Source: Bacteroidaceae bacterium
GTDB lineage: Bacteria > Bacteroidota > Bacteroidia > Bacteroidales > Bacteroidaceae
Assembly (NCBI GenBank): GCA_963588695.1
Contig: CAVAIX010000001.1
Location: 1 to 61,467, forward strand
Reading direction: 5' to 3'
Length of the DNA: 61,467 nt
Shown here piece after piece: positions 49,104 through 59,020 of this stretch. Under the pieces are notes generated by a model. The model was not told where the DNA came from. It saw only the letters and a list, made by a program, of their open reading frames with translations, and made no database searches. Numbering within the stretch: the stretch's first letter is position 1; the number at the start of each line of letters is the position of its first letter. The position numbers and the translations under genes are program-made.

Positions 49104-50315
49104 TTAATGGTTGTGCTCGCCGTGCTCACCGATGAGCGAGGCCAGGTAGAACACGTTTTCTGTCACGATCTGTTGACCATCTTGTATGTGTTTGCAGAGG
49201 GCCACCTCCGTATAGCCGGAGTCGCTCACACCAGTGGTCACCTCGTGACGGGAGAACACACAGTCGCCGTCCTTCTCTTTCTTGTCGAGTGCGAAGATGT
49301 AGTTCTTGCCGTCGGTGTTGACGATGGCCGTGGAGGGCAGGGCTTTGCAGCGCTGCCGACCAGTGGCGATGCGCCCACTGACGAACATTCCGTCGAAGAG
49401 GCGCGCCTGGGCGTTGCCGTCCAGTCGGACGTGAACGGCTACGCTCTTGGTACCGTCGGTGAAATAGTCGTTGATGGCATAGACTGCCCCACTGACCTGC
49501 ACGTTGGGTTGGTTGGTTAGGGTGAGCAGCACGCGGTCACCGCTGTTCACCTTGGCGAGGTCTTTCTCGAAGATGTTCAGGTCACACTCCACGGCCTTGT
49601 TGTCGCGGATGGTCATCAGCGGTGTCTGCATATCGGCATAGCTGCCTAACGTGGCGTTGAGCTGACACACCGTCCCACTGATGGGGGCGCGCAGGGGGAA
49701 GGTCGACGTGAACTGGCCGTGCCCTACGGCCGAGAGGTTGATGCCTAACTGTTGCAACTGTCGCCCAATGCCTGTCATACTGGCCTGTGCCACCTGATAG
49801 TTGCGCTCGGCCTGCTGGCGTGTTTTCTGCACACCAGCTCCCTGTCGCGCCAAGGTCTCCTGCCGTTGCTGCTCGCTCTTGGCTAACTCCCATTCCTTGT
49901 AGGCGGCGTAGTATTCGCGCTGCAGGGTCACCACGTCGGTGTTCTCCACGGTGGCCACGACCTGTCCGCGCGCGACGCGCTGACCGTCCTTGACGAGGAC
50001 GGACTTCACCACACCGCCCATCAGTGAGGCCACGTGGCTCACAGACTGTGGGCGCAGCACGATGGAGCCGTTGGCGCGGATGGTGGCCTCCAACTCGCGG
50101 TGGGCAACGGAGTCGGTCTTTAGGTTGATGGTCTTGATTTGTTGGGCGGTCAGTGGGATGTTTTGGAACTCTTCCTCCTCTTCCCCGTGGTGGTGTTCCT
50201 CCGCAGCGTGTGCGTCGTGGACTTCCTTGTCGCTGTGCGACAGGAGGGTGAACGCTCCGATGGCCACCAGTGTGGCGGCGGCCACGACAGCCAGGCGTAT
50301 GACATTGTTTTTCAT
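49104..50315 (-). CDS. RND efflux membrane-fusion protein (CzcB-like) with His-rich segments
   Basis: N-terminal TM, HDAHAAEEHHH, LRAPISG, C-terminal GEHGEHNH; promoter element at 50345-50352. Confidence 0.9.
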   Translation of the reverse strand: MKNNVIRLAVVAAATLVAIGAFTLLSHSDKEVHDAHAAEEHHHGEEEEEFQNIPLTAQQIKTINLKTDSVAHRELEATIRANGSIVLRPQSVSHVASLMGGVVKSVLVKDGQRVARGQVVATVENTDVVTLQREYYAAYKEWELAKSEQQRQETLARQGAGVQKTRQQAERNYQVAQASMTGIGRQLQQLGINLSAVGHGQFTSTFPLRAPISGTVCQLNATLGSYADMQTPLMTIRDNKAVECDLNIFEKDLAKVNSGDRVLLTLTNQPNVQVSGAVYAINDYFTDGTKSVAVHVRLDGNAQARLFDGMFVSGRIATGRQRCKALPSTAIVNTDGKNYIFALDKKEKDGDCVFSRHEVTTGVSDSGYTEVALCKHIQDGQQIVTENVFYLASLIGEHGEHNH

Positions 50316-50420
50316 TGCTCGTTATGTGGTTTTATTTTTCGCTGCAAAGGTAGCGAAACGTCCGCATAACGGGAAACAAAAAGCGAGGCAACCGCCGTTT
50401 TCTGCAACTGGGTTGCAAGT

Positions 50421-51710
50421 TTATTCGTTGCCAGTGAACTGGCCGATGAACAACAGTGCACCGCTCTGCGAGTCGCTGATGGTGTAGACGAACGGACGGT
50501 CAGCAATGAACTCCACGTTGCGGTATTCCATGGGAAGTGCACTGGTCAGCATGACGGCAGCCGTCACGGCGGCAGCCTTCGTGCCCTCCTCGCTGACCTC
50601 TATCTTGGCCTTCTGCAACATCTGCGACACGTAGAAGCGACCGTCGGCAAAGCGACTGAAATCGGCCTCCACAGGACTGAAGATGGTGGGGGCGCCCAAC
50701 GTGCTGATAATGCCGTTGAGGGACAACTTCGTCTCCGTGGTGAACTGGGGCAGTTTCAGGTTGACCTTACACGTCTCCATCCTATCGCGCAGCGTGTCCA
50801 ACGACTGTGTATTGATGGTGGCCATCATGTCACTGATGCTCTTGTCTTCGTCGGGCAGGAGCACTGTCATGCGATAGGTGCCGTTGCCGTAGGGCAGTAC
50901 GACGGCGCGGTAGCCCGCCATTTCCGCATACTGGAACTTGTTGCGCTGATGCATCATCTTCACCTTTTGGATGTTTCGCGTGTAGCCGTGGAATGGCTCC
51001 TCGTGGGTGTCACGAGTCTTAAACTTCTTCTCCCACGTCCCGTTGAAATAGATGGCATTCAACAGATACGATACGGCAGCAGGGTCGGTCTGGTCGATGA
51101 TGGTGGGAATCATACCGTCGGTCTGCTTGGCACACCAGCCGTTGATGCGCTTCAGGGTGGAGGGCTTGCTGAAGTCCATACTTTCCACACCGGCTCGGTA
51201 GCTGTCCTTCATGGTCTCGACGAACGCTGGGCGGAGACGGTACTGCTGGTTGACGGCAATATAGTTGGCTATGCTCACCGTGGTCTGTCGGTCGAGTCGT
51301 CCAGCCTTCTCCAACAGTTCTTTATAGAGCGCGTTGAGTTCATTCACGGCAATGCCTTCGCAACCGATGGCCTTGAGTATCTCCTGACGCGTGCCTCCAT
51401 CGGCACCATTGGCCAGCATACCCATGAGGTAGGCGGCACTCAGTGGCGAGATGACCGTACTGCCGAGGCTGCGCGCCTGGTTGAAGAACTGGAGGGCGAA
51501 GGCATTGTTCCTGCCCACGATGTCGCGCTGTGCGTCGCTGAGGGATAGGTGTACGTCTTCCGTGTCGGTGTCGCGCTCGGGTGTGGCGATGATGATGTTG
51601 CCTGTCGGCTGCTCTTCTGGTGTCTGCAGTTGTTTGCCGCTACCACAGGAGGCGGCCAGTGCTGCGGCGGTCAACAACACCGCCGATGTCGTGTCGTGTT
51701 TCATTGTCAT
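50421..51710 (-). CDS. Serpin (serine protease inhibitor) lipoprotein
   Basis: LAASC lipobox; ISPLS, LNAIYFNGTW, EEGTKAAAVT hinge, FIADRPF, LFIG. Confidence 0.92.
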   Translation of the reverse strand: MTMKHDTTSAVLLTAAALAASCGSGKQLQTPEEQPTGNIIIATPERDTDTEDVHLSLSDAQRDIVGRNNAFALQFFNQARSLGSTVISPLSAAYLMGMLANGADGGTRQEILKAIGCEGIAVNELNALYKELLEKAGRLDRQTTVSIANYIAVNQQYRLRPAFVETMKDSYRAGVESMDFSKPSTLKRINGWCAKQTDGMIPTIIDQTDPAAVSYLLNAIYFNGTWEKKFKTRDTHEEPFHGYTRNIQKVKMMHQRNKFQYAEMAGYRAVVLPYGNGTYRMTVLLPDEDKSISDMMATINTQSLDTLRDRMETCKVNLKLPQFTTETKLSLNGIISTLGAPTIFSPVEADFSRFADGRFYVSQMLQKAKIEVSEEGTKAAAVTAAVMLTSALPMEYRNVEFIADRPFVYTISDSQSGALLFIGQFTGNE

Positions 51711-51846
51711 TCCGCGTTTTTGAGTTCTTCTAAATCTTGCTGCAAAGTTACACTTTTTATTTGAAACTGGAATTGACGAAGGTCAAAAATAAACCGCTTT
51801 CACGGAAAATACGCCCGAAAAAGTACGGGACACCACGGAATCCCCT

Positions 51847-51854
51847 TAACTTTG
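51847..51854 (+). promoter_or_regulatory. -7 promoter element driving a short non-coding unit
   Basis: TAACTTTG followed by CG; no TTTG at -33, so possibly activator-dependent; the divergent serpin element is at 51743-51750. Confidence 0.6.
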
Positions 51855-51859
51855 CGCCT

Positions 51860-51952
51860 AGAAAGGAAAGCATATAAAGGAATAGCTTTTAAGGTAAAGA
51901 GATTGTTTTAGGAAATAAAAGTGAGCCGTACGTGATGACGGCTCACTTTTTT
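51860..51952 (+). ncRNA. Candidate small RNA 2 (about 90 nt)
   Basis: Follows a TAACTTTG element, has no ORF, and ends in a strong terminator AAAAGTGAGCCGT-ACGTGATG-ACGGCTCACTTTTTT; ilvD has a separate promoter downstream. Confidence 0.6.
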
Positions 51953-52028
51953 GTGTCTAATAACTTTCGAATCATAAGTAAAAACCGAAAAATATCTAAT
52001 GTTTGTTGGCTGTTAGACGAAAAAAGTG

Positions 52029-52036
52029 TAACTTTG
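52029..52036 (+). promoter_or_regulatory. -7 promoter element of the ilv operon
   Basis: TAACTTTG 38 nt upstream of the ilvD ATG. Confidence 0.65.
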
Positions 52037-52074
52037 CAACCAATTACAACGAATAACACATAAAAAGGATAGAG

Positions 52075-53859
52075 ATGAAACATCAATTACGCAGTGCTGT
52101 ATGCACTGAAGGAAGAAGAATGGCCGGTGCGCGCGCACTCTGGGTGGCCACAGGAATGAAACACGAACAGTTCGGTAAACCGATTATTGCCATAGTCAAC
52201 TCTTTCACGCAGTTCGTACCAGGTCATACGCACCTGCACGAGATTGGACAGATTGTACGGGAGGAGATAGAAAAGATGGGCTGCTATGCCGCTGAATTCA
52301 ATACCATCGCCATCGACGATGGCATCGCCATGGGACACGATGGTATGCTCTATTCGCTGCCCTCTCGCGACATCATCGCCGACTCGGTGGAGTATATGGT
52401 CAACGCGCATAAGGCGGATGCCATGATCTGCATCTCCAACTGCGACAAGGTGACACCAGGCATGCTGATGGCGGCCATGCGACTGAACATCCCAGCGGTG
52501 TTCTGCTCGGGTGGACCGATGGAGGCTGGTCGTTGGAGAGGGGAGAACGCAGATCTCATCACGGCTATGGTGAAAGGTGCTGACCCGTCGGTCAGCGACG
52601 AGGAACTGCAGGAGATAGAACAGTGTGCCTGTCCTGGATGCGGCAGTTGCTCGGGTATGTTCACCGCCAACTCAATGAACTCGCTCACGGAGGCCATCGG
52701 ACTCTCGCTGCCTGGCAACGGTACCATCCTTGCCACGCATGAGCGACGCGTGGAACTGTTCCGGGAGGCTGCCCGGCAAATCGTGAAGAATGCACGGGCC
52801 TACTATGAGGATGGCGACGAGCGCGTACTGCCGCGTAACATAGCTACTCGACAGGCTTTTCTCAATGCTATGACACTCGACATCGCCATGGGCGGTTCCA
52901 CCAATACGGTGCTCCACCTGTTGGCCGTGGCGCAGGAGGCAGGGGCAGACTTCACGATGAACGACATCGACGTGTTGAGCCGTAAGACACCGTGTCTCTG
53001 TAAACTCGCACCAAACACCCAGAAATATAGTGTTCAGGAGTGCAACCGTGCCGGTGGTATCTTAGGCATTCTTAACGAACTCAACAAAGGGGGTCTGATC
53101 GATGGTTCTGTCCACCGCGTGGACGGCATGACGCTGGGCGAAGCCATGGCGAAATATGATATAGCCAACCGACCTGCCATCTATTTCTCAGCTCCTGGTC
53201 AGCGCTTCAGCACCAAGATGGGTTCGCAGAACGAACAGTATCCATCGCTCGACGAAGACCGTGCCAGTGGCTGCATCCGCGACATCGCACACGCCTATAC
53301 CAAAGATGGTGGCTTGGCCGTCCTTTTCGGCAATATCGCACAGGACGGTTGCGTGGTTAAGACAGCGGGTGTCGACGAGTCGTTGTGGCACTTCGAAGGA
53401 TCAGCAGTTGTGTTCGATTCGCAGGAGGATGCCTGCGAGGGTATCCTCGGTGGAAAGGTGAAGAAGGGCGACTGCGTGGTGATCACCCACGAGGGACCGA
53501 AGGGTGGACCGGGCATGCAGGAGATGCTGTATCCCACCTCTTATATAAAGAGTATGCACATGGGTAAGGAGTGCGCGCTGATTACCGACGGACGCTTCAG
53601 TGGCGGTACGTCGGGACTGAGCATTGGACACATCTCGCCAGAGGCTGCCGCAGGTGGTAACATCGGAAAGATAAAAGATGGTGACATCATCGAGATAGAC
53701 ATCCCCAACCGCACCATCAACGTGCGGCTGAGCGACGAGGAACTGGCTGCCCGTCCAGCACAACCGCTGAAGCGCAACCGACAGGTGTCGAAGGCGCTGC
53801 GTGCCTATGCCCAGAGTGTTTCCTCGGCCGACAAGGGTGGGGTGAGGGTCATCGACTGA
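52075..53859 (+). CDS. ilvD: Dihydroxy-acid dehydratase
   Basis: [57 protein letters not shown]. Confidence 0.97.
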   Translation: MKHQLRSAVCTEGRRMAGARALWVATGMKHEQFGKPIIAIVNSFTQFVPGHTHLHEIGQIVREEIEKMGCYAAEFNTIAIDDGIAMGHDGMLYSLPSRDIIADSVEYMVNAHKADAMICISNCDKVTPGMLMAAMRLNIPAVFCSGGPMEAGRWRGENADLITAMVKGADPSVSDEELQEIEQCACPGCGSCSGMFTANSMNSLTEAIGLSLPGNGTILATHERRVELFREAARQIVKNARAYYEDGDERVLPRNIATRQAFLNAMTLDIAMGGSTNTVLHLLAVAQEAGADFTMNDIDVLSRKTPCLCKLAPNTQKYSVQECNRAGGILGILNELNKGGLIDGSVHRVDGMTLGEAMAKYDIANRPAIYFSAPGQRFSTKMGSQNEQYPSLDEDRASGCIRDIAHAYTKDGGLAVLFGNIAQDGCVVKTAGVDESLWHFEGSAVVFDSQEDACEGILGGKVKKGDCVVITHEGPKGGPGMQEMLYPTSYIKSMHMGKECALITDGRFSGGTSGLSIGHISPEAAAGGNIGKIKDGDIIEIDIPNRTINVRLSDEELAARPAQPLKRNRQVSKALRAYAQSVSSADKGGVRVID

Positions 53860-53878
53860 TTCGCATGACCGTATCTGT

Positions 53879-55612
53879 ATGAAAGAGAAAAAACAGGAAA
53901 GCATGGAAAAGATAAAAGGTAGTGAGGCGTTGATGCTGGCACTGAAGAACGAAGGGGTAACCACCATATTCGGTTATCCAGGCGGCTCCATTATGCCAGT
54001 GTATGACGCACTCTACGACTATACCAGAGGAGACAAGAAGGCCTTCGACCATATCCTCGTGCGCCACGAACAGGGGGCAACACACGCCGCCGAGGGCTAT
54101 GCTCGCGTGAGCGGAGAGGTGGGGGTCTGCTTGGTGACGAGTGGTCCGGGTGCCACCAATACCATGACGGGGGTGGCGGATGCCATGCTCGACTCGACAC
54201 CCATCGTGGTGATTGCTGGACAGGTACCTGTCGCAGCCTTAGGAACGGATGCGTTTCAGGAGGTGGACCTCGTAGGACTGGCACAGCCTATCTCTAAGTG
54301 GAGCTATCAGATTCGTCATGCGGAGGACATCGCATGGGCGGTGAGCCGGGCGTTCTATATCGCACGGAGCGGAAGACCGGGCCCCGTGGTACTCGACTTC
54401 CCGAAGAATGCACAGACGGAAGAGGTGGTGTTCCAACCGCAGAAGGTGGACTTCGTGCGCTCCTATGTGGCCAGTCCGAAGCTCAACGGCGAGGCGGTGG
54501 CTAAGGCGGCCAAGTGGATCAACAGCGCCAAGCGACCATTGGCACTCGTGGGACAGGGCGTGGAGTTAGGAAATGCCCAACAGGAACTGCTGGACTTCTT
54601 GGAGAAAACGGATATACCAGCGGGACGCACCATGTTAGGACTCAGCGCACTGCCCTCTGACCATCCGCTCAACGCTGGGATGCTGGGCATGCACGGCAAC
54701 TATGCGGTCAACATGAAAGAGCAGGAGTGCGATGTGCTGATAGCCATCGGCATGCGCTTCAGCGACCGTGTCACGGGTAATGTGAAGACGTATGCCAAGC
54801 AGGCTAAGATCATCCATCTGGACATCGACAAGAGCGAGATAGATAAGAATGTGAAGAGTGACGTGGCCATCGTCGCTGATTGCAAGGAGTCGCTACCGGC
54901 CTTGACAGCATTGGTGCATCAGGCCAACCACCAGGAGTGGCGCGACTCGTTCCTGCCTCTGCAGGAGCAGGAGCGCACGCGCGTCATCGAACCGGCCATC
55001 CATCCCAAAGAGGGACCGCTGTTGATGGGCGAGGTGGTGCACGCCGTGGCTGAGGCCACACCCGACGATGCCGTCCTCGTGACAGACGTGGGACAGAACC
55101 AACTCTTCGCCACCCGCTATTTCAAGTACCACCACAACCGCAGCATCTGCACCAGTGGCGGACTGGGCACGATGGGCTATGGCATGCCGGCAGCCATCGG
55201 TGCCGCCTTCGGTGCGCCCGACCGCATGGTGTGTTGCTTCATGGGTGATGGTGGCTTCCAAATGTGCATCGAGGAATTAGGCACCATCATGGAACAGCAG
55301 ACACCCGTGAAGATGATTCTCATGAACAACCATTATTTAGGCAACGTGCGGCAGTGGCAGGATATGTTCTGGCATCGGAGGAAGTCGTTCACCAAGATGC
55401 TGAATCCCTGCTACGAACTGATTGCACAGGCGTATGGCATTCCCTACGAGGCGGTCACCGACCGTGCCCGTCTGTCTGCTGCCGTCCAGAAGATGGTGGA
55501 GACGGAAGGACCGTATATCTTGGAGTGTGCCATCTTAGAGGACGACAACGTGTTGCCGATGACGCCACCAGGACTCAACGTCGACGACATGATGTTAGAG
55601 GTTAACGTATGA
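53879..55612 (+). CDS. ilvB: Acetolactate synthase large subunit
   Basis: FGYPGG, RHEQGA, TSGPGATN, RPGPV, GMHG, SGGLGTMG, GDGGFQM...NN; start may be ATG 53903. Confidence 0.96.
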   Translation: MKEKKQESMEKIKGSEALMLALKNEGVTTIFGYPGGSIMPVYDALYDYTRGDKKAFDHILVRHEQGATHAAEGYARVSGEVGVCLVTSGPGATNTMTGVADAMLDSTPIVVIAGQVPVAALGTDAFQEVDLVGLAQPISKWSYQIRHAEDIAWAVSRAFYIARSGRPGPVVLDFPKNAQTEEVVFQPQKVDFVRSYVASPKLNGEAVAKAAKWINSAKRPLALVGQGVELGNAQQELLDFLEKTDIPAGRTMLGLSALPSDHPLNAGMLGMHGNYAVNMKEQECDVLIAIGMRFSDRVTGNVKTYAKQAKIIHLDIDKSEIDKNVKSDVAIVADCKESLPALTALVHQANHQEWRDSFLPLQEQERTRVIEPAIHPKEGPLLMGEVVHAVAEATPDDAVLVTDVGQNQLFATRYFKYHHNRSICTSGGLGTMGYGMPAAIGAAFGAPDRMVCCFMGDGGFQMCIEELGTIMEQQTPVKMILMNNHYLGNVRQWQDMFWHRRKSFTKMLNPCYELIAQAYGIPYEAVTDRARLSAAVQKMVETEGPYILECAILEDDNVLPMTPPGLNVDDMMLEVNV

Positions 55613-55649
55613 CCGCCCCCTGTTCTCATATCTCAAACAACAAGCAACA

Positions 55650-56204
55650 ATGGAAAAGAAAGTAAACGACAAGACCCTATACACCCTGTTGGTCTATTCG
55701 GAGAACATAGCGGGTATCCTCAACCAGATCACCGCCGTGTTTACGCGCCGACAGGTTAATATCGAGAGCCTAAACGTGTCGCCGTCCAGCATCGAGGGCA
55801 TCCATAAGTATACCATCACGGCATGGAGCGACGAAGACCAGATCAGTAAGATCACCCGACAGATTGAGAAGAAGATTGACGTGGTCAAGGCGGACTATTT
55901 CACCGACAGCCAGCTCTTCATCCGCGAGACGGCACTCTATAAGCTCTCTACCGACACGGTGTTCGGCAATCCTGAGATATGCCGCATCATCCGCCGCGCA
56001 GACGCCAGCATCACGGAGGTCAACCCGACGTATGTCATCGTGATGAAGTTCGGCATCACCGCCGATATCTTGAAGCTCTACCATAAACTCAATGACTATG
56101 GCTGCGTCCTGCAGTACACGCGCAGTGGACGCATCGCCGTCACGCGCTCGACACAGGAGGAGGTCAGCGAATTCTTGGACGAAAGGGAACGCATGAATGG
56201 ATAG
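55650..56204 (+). CDS. ilvN: Acetolactate synthase small (regulatory) subunit
   Basis: ACT domain ENIAGILNQITAVFTRRQVNIESL; RSGRIA. Confidence 0.93.
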   Translation: MEKKVNDKTLYTLLVYSENIAGILNQITAVFTRRQVNIESLNVSPSSIEGIHKYTITAWSDEDQISKITRQIEKKIDVVKADYFTDSQLFIRETALYKLSTDTVFGNPEICRIIRRADASITEVNPTYVIVMKFGITADILKLYHKLNDYGCVLQYTRSGRIAVTRSTQEEVSEFLDERERMNG

Positions 56205-56979
56205 GATTGTAAATGGAACAATGGATAAGGTGGGACGCTACGACTTCCTTGCGGAGCCCTTCCACTGCGACTGCTGCGGACGACTCTTTATGGGACACTT
56301 AGGCAACCATCTGCTCAACGCGGCCGATTTCCATTCCACCGACCGGGGCTTCGGCCTGCGCTATCTGATGCAGGCTCACCGGGCGTGGGTGCTGTCGCGA
56401 CTGGCGATAGAGATGGAGGAGATGCCCGTCCAATATGCACCGTTCACCGTGGAGACGTGGGTGGATAGTGCCATGCGCTATTTCACACAGCGCAACTTCG
56501 CCGTCAGCGGCAAGGATGCTCAGGGACGCGACAAAGTCTATGGCTACGGACGCTCGGTATGGGCCATGATAGACACGGAGAGTCGACAACCCACCGATAT
56601 CCTCGCCGTCAACGACGGTGCGATAAAGCAATGGGTGGAAACGGAAAAAGCCTGTCCTGTCGAGAAGGGCGGACGGGTGCAGATGACGGACGGGGCGGAA
56701 TATGTGCGCACCATCGATACCTATTATAATGATGTGGACATCAACGGACACATCAACTCGGTGAAGTACATCGAACACGTACTGGATCTGTGGCCCGTCG
56801 ACTGGTATCGCACCTTCCGCATCAAGCGCATCGAGATGGCCTATGTGGCTGAAGCTCACGCTGGCGACCGCCTCTCCTTCTGGCGAGAGACGCACGACGA
56901 CAACGAATACTGCATACGCATCTGCAAGGATGAGAATGTAGAGGTATGCAGAAGTAAGGTTAAATTTGTGAAAGTTTGA
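56197..56979 (+). CDS. Acyl-ACP thioesterase (double hotdog)
   Basis: WVLSRL, TVETW, DVDINGHINSVKY. Confidence 0.85.
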   Translation: MDRIVNGTMDKVGRYDFLAEPFHCDCCGRLFMGHLGNHLLNAADFHSTDRGFGLRYLMQAHRAWVLSRLAIEMEEMPVQYAPFTVETWVDSAMRYFTQRNFAVSGKDAQGRDKVYGYGRSVWAMIDTESRQPTDILAVNDGAIKQWVETEKACPVEKGGRVQMTDGAEYVRTIDTYYNDVDINGHINSVKYIEHVLDLWPVDWYRTFRIKRIEMAYVAEAHAGDRLSFWRETHDDNEYCIRICKDENVEVCRSKVKFVKV

Positions 56980-56986
56980 AAGAATA

Positions 56987-57018
56987 TTTGGCTGATTAAT
57001 GGTAATTTGTTACCTTTG
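56987..57018 (+). promoter_or_regulatory. Internal promoter for ilvC
   Basis: TTTG, 20-nt spacer, TACCTTTG. Confidence 0.7.
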
Positions 57019-57061
57019 CAGCTGAAATCAGTTAGTAATACGATTTATACGATTTGCAATT

Positions 57062-58111
57062 ATGGCAGAAATGAACTTTGGTGGCGTGGTGGAAACCGTG
57101 GTCACCAGCAAGGAATTCTCTTTGGAGAAAGCACGTGAAGTATTGAAAAACGAAGTGATTGCCGTCATCGGTTACGGTATTCAGGGTCCCGGACAGGCTT
57201 GCAACCTGCGCGACAATGGCTTCAACGTCATCGTCGGACAGCGTCAAGGCAAGACCTACGAAAAGGCCGTGGCAGACGGCTGGGTGCCTGGCAAGACCCT
57301 CTTCTCCATCGAAGAGGCTGCCGAGAAGGGTACGATCCTCTGTATGCTCCTCTCGGATGCCGGCCAGATCCAGGTGTGGCCTAACATCAAGAAATATCTG
57401 ACACCCGGAAAGACACTGTACTACAGCCATGGCTTCGCCATCAACTGGAGCGACCGCACGGGTGTGGTGCCTCCGAAGGATGTCGACGTGATCATGGTGG
57501 CTCCCAAGGGCTCAGGCACCTCGCTGCGCACGATGTTCTGCGAGGGACGCGGCCTGAACTGCTCGTATGCTGTCTATCAGGATGCCAGCGGAAAGGCTAA
57601 GGAGAAGACCATCGCCTTCGGCATCGGCATCGGAGCCGGCTATCTGTTTGAAACGACCTTCCAGCGCGAGGCCACCAGCGACCTGACGGGTGAGCGTGGC
57701 TCACTGATGGGTGCCATCCAGGGACTGCTGTTGGCACAGTATGAGGTGCTGCGCGAGAATGGACACACGCCCTCCGAGGCCTTCAACGAGACCGTTGAGG
57801 AATTGACACAGAGCCTTGGCCCGCTGTTTGGTGCAAAGGGCATGGACTGGATGTATGCCAACTGTTCCACCACAGCACAGCGCGGCGCACTGGACTGGGC
57901 TCCTCGCTTCCACGATGCCGTGAAACCGGTGATGGAGTGGCTCTACTACTCGGTGAAGACGGGCAACGAGGCGCAGATCTCTATCGATGCCAACTCGAAA
58001 CCCGACTATCGTGCCGGACTGGAGAAGGAACTGGAGGCCATGCGCAACCAGGAGATGTGGCGCGCTGGCGAGACCGTCCGCAAACTGCGTCCCGAGAATC
58101 AAGAGGGTTAA
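57062..58111 (+). CDS. ilvC: Ketol-acid reductoisomerase
   Basis: IGYGIQG, NLRDNG, SHGF, VAPKGSG, SDLTGER, CSTTAQRG. Confidence 0.97.
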   Translation: MAEMNFGGVVETVVTSKEFSLEKAREVLKNEVIAVIGYGIQGPGQACNLRDNGFNVIVGQRQGKTYEKAVADGWVPGKTLFSIEEAAEKGTILCMLLSDAGQIQVWPNIKKYLTPGKTLYYSHGFAINWSDRTGVVPPKDVDVIMVAPKGSGTSLRTMFCEGRGLNCSYAVYQDASGKAKEKTIAFGIGIGAGYLFETTFQREATSDLTGERGSLMGAIQGLLLAQYEVLRENGHTPSEAFNETVEELTQSLGPLFGAKGMDWMYANCSTTAQRGALDWAPRFHDAVKPVMEWLYYSVKTGNEAQISIDANSKPDYRAGLEKELEAMRNQEMWRAGETVRKLRPENQEG

Positions 58112-58133
58112 CCCTGTTGCATAGATTGATAAT

Positions 58134-58173
58134 AAAGAAGGCCGCTACCCCATTCGGGCAGCGGCCTTCTTTT
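58134..58173 (+). terminator. ilvC terminator
   Basis: AAAGAAGGCCGCT...AGCGGCCTTCTTTT. Confidence 0.82.
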
Positions 58174-58225
58174 AGAAAAAAACGAGTTTTTCTTGGTTTT
58201 TCCCTCACTTAATCGTACCTTTGCA
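58174..58225 (+). repeat. Promoter-bearing repeat, copy D (pyrK-pyrD promoter)
   Basis: AGAAAAAAACGAGTTTTTCTTGGTTTTTCCCTCACTTAATCGTACCTTTGCA; 3' half nearly identical to copy C. Confidence 0.7.
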
Positions 58226-58243
58226 GGAGCTTAGTATCAAGAC

Positions 58244-59020
58244 ATGAAAAAATACATATATGATCTGGTTGTGAAGGGCGTGGACCACATCAGTCCGAAG
58301 CATGTGCTGCTCAGACTGTCACACAGCGATGTCCTACCCGAAATGTTTCCCGGACAGTTTGTCGAGGTCGGTATGGAAGGGGTCGATGGCGTATTGCTCC
58401 GCCGCCCTATCTCTATCAACTTCGTGGATAGGGAGCACAACGAGCTGTGGCTCATGGTGGCCCTGGTGGGCAAAGGCACGCGCAGCCTCGGACAACTGCA
58501 GGAGGGCGATACCCTTAACTGCATCCTGCCGCTGGGTCATGGCTTCACCATGCCCGAGAACCGCTCCGAACGCCTCCTCTTAGTAGGCGGTGGAGTGGGG
58601 GTGGCCCCTCTGCTCTATATGGGGGCGGAGATGCAACGACAGGGCTTCGAACCGACGTTCCTGCTGGGCGCACGCTCCAAGGCAGACCTCTTGGAATTGG
58701 AATACTTCAACCGCTACGGGCGTGTCTGCATCACCACCGAAGATGGCTCCGAGGGCGAGCGCGGCTTCGTCACCAACCATCCCGTGCTGAACAAGGAAAC
58801 CTTCGATCGCATCGTCACCTGTGGCCCGAAACCCATGATGATGGCAGTGGCACGCTATGCTGCACAGGCCAATGTGGAGTGTGAGGTGTCACTGGAGAAT
58901 ATGATGGCGTGCGGACTCGGTGCCTGCCTCTGCTGTGTGGAGAAAACGGTGCGCGGCAACCGCTGCGTCTGCAAGGACGGTCCAGTATTTAACGTAAAAC
59001 AACTGCTATGGCAAATCTGA
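58244..59020 (+). CDS. pyrK: Dihydroorotate dehydrogenase electron transfer subunit
   Basis: [32 protein letters not shown]...VCKDGPVF. Confidence 0.95.
   Translation: MKKYIYDLVVKGVDHISPKHVLLRLSHSDVLPEMFPGQFVEVGMEGVDGVLLRRPISINFVDREHNELWLMVALVGKGTRSLGQLQEGDTLNCILPLGHGFTMPENRSERLLLVGGGVGVAPLLYMGAEMQRQGFEPTFLLGARSKADLLELEYFNRYGRVCITTEDGSEGERGFVTNHPVLNKETFDRIVTCGPKPMMMAVARYAAQANVECEVSLENMMACGLGACLCCVEKTVRGNRCVCKDGPVFNVKQLLWQI

Noticed and set aside
51855..52074. Leader-peptide attenuator or T-box for ilvD
   Set aside because: No Ile/Leu/Val-rich leader ORF or T-box motif, and ilvD has its own promoter after the terminator
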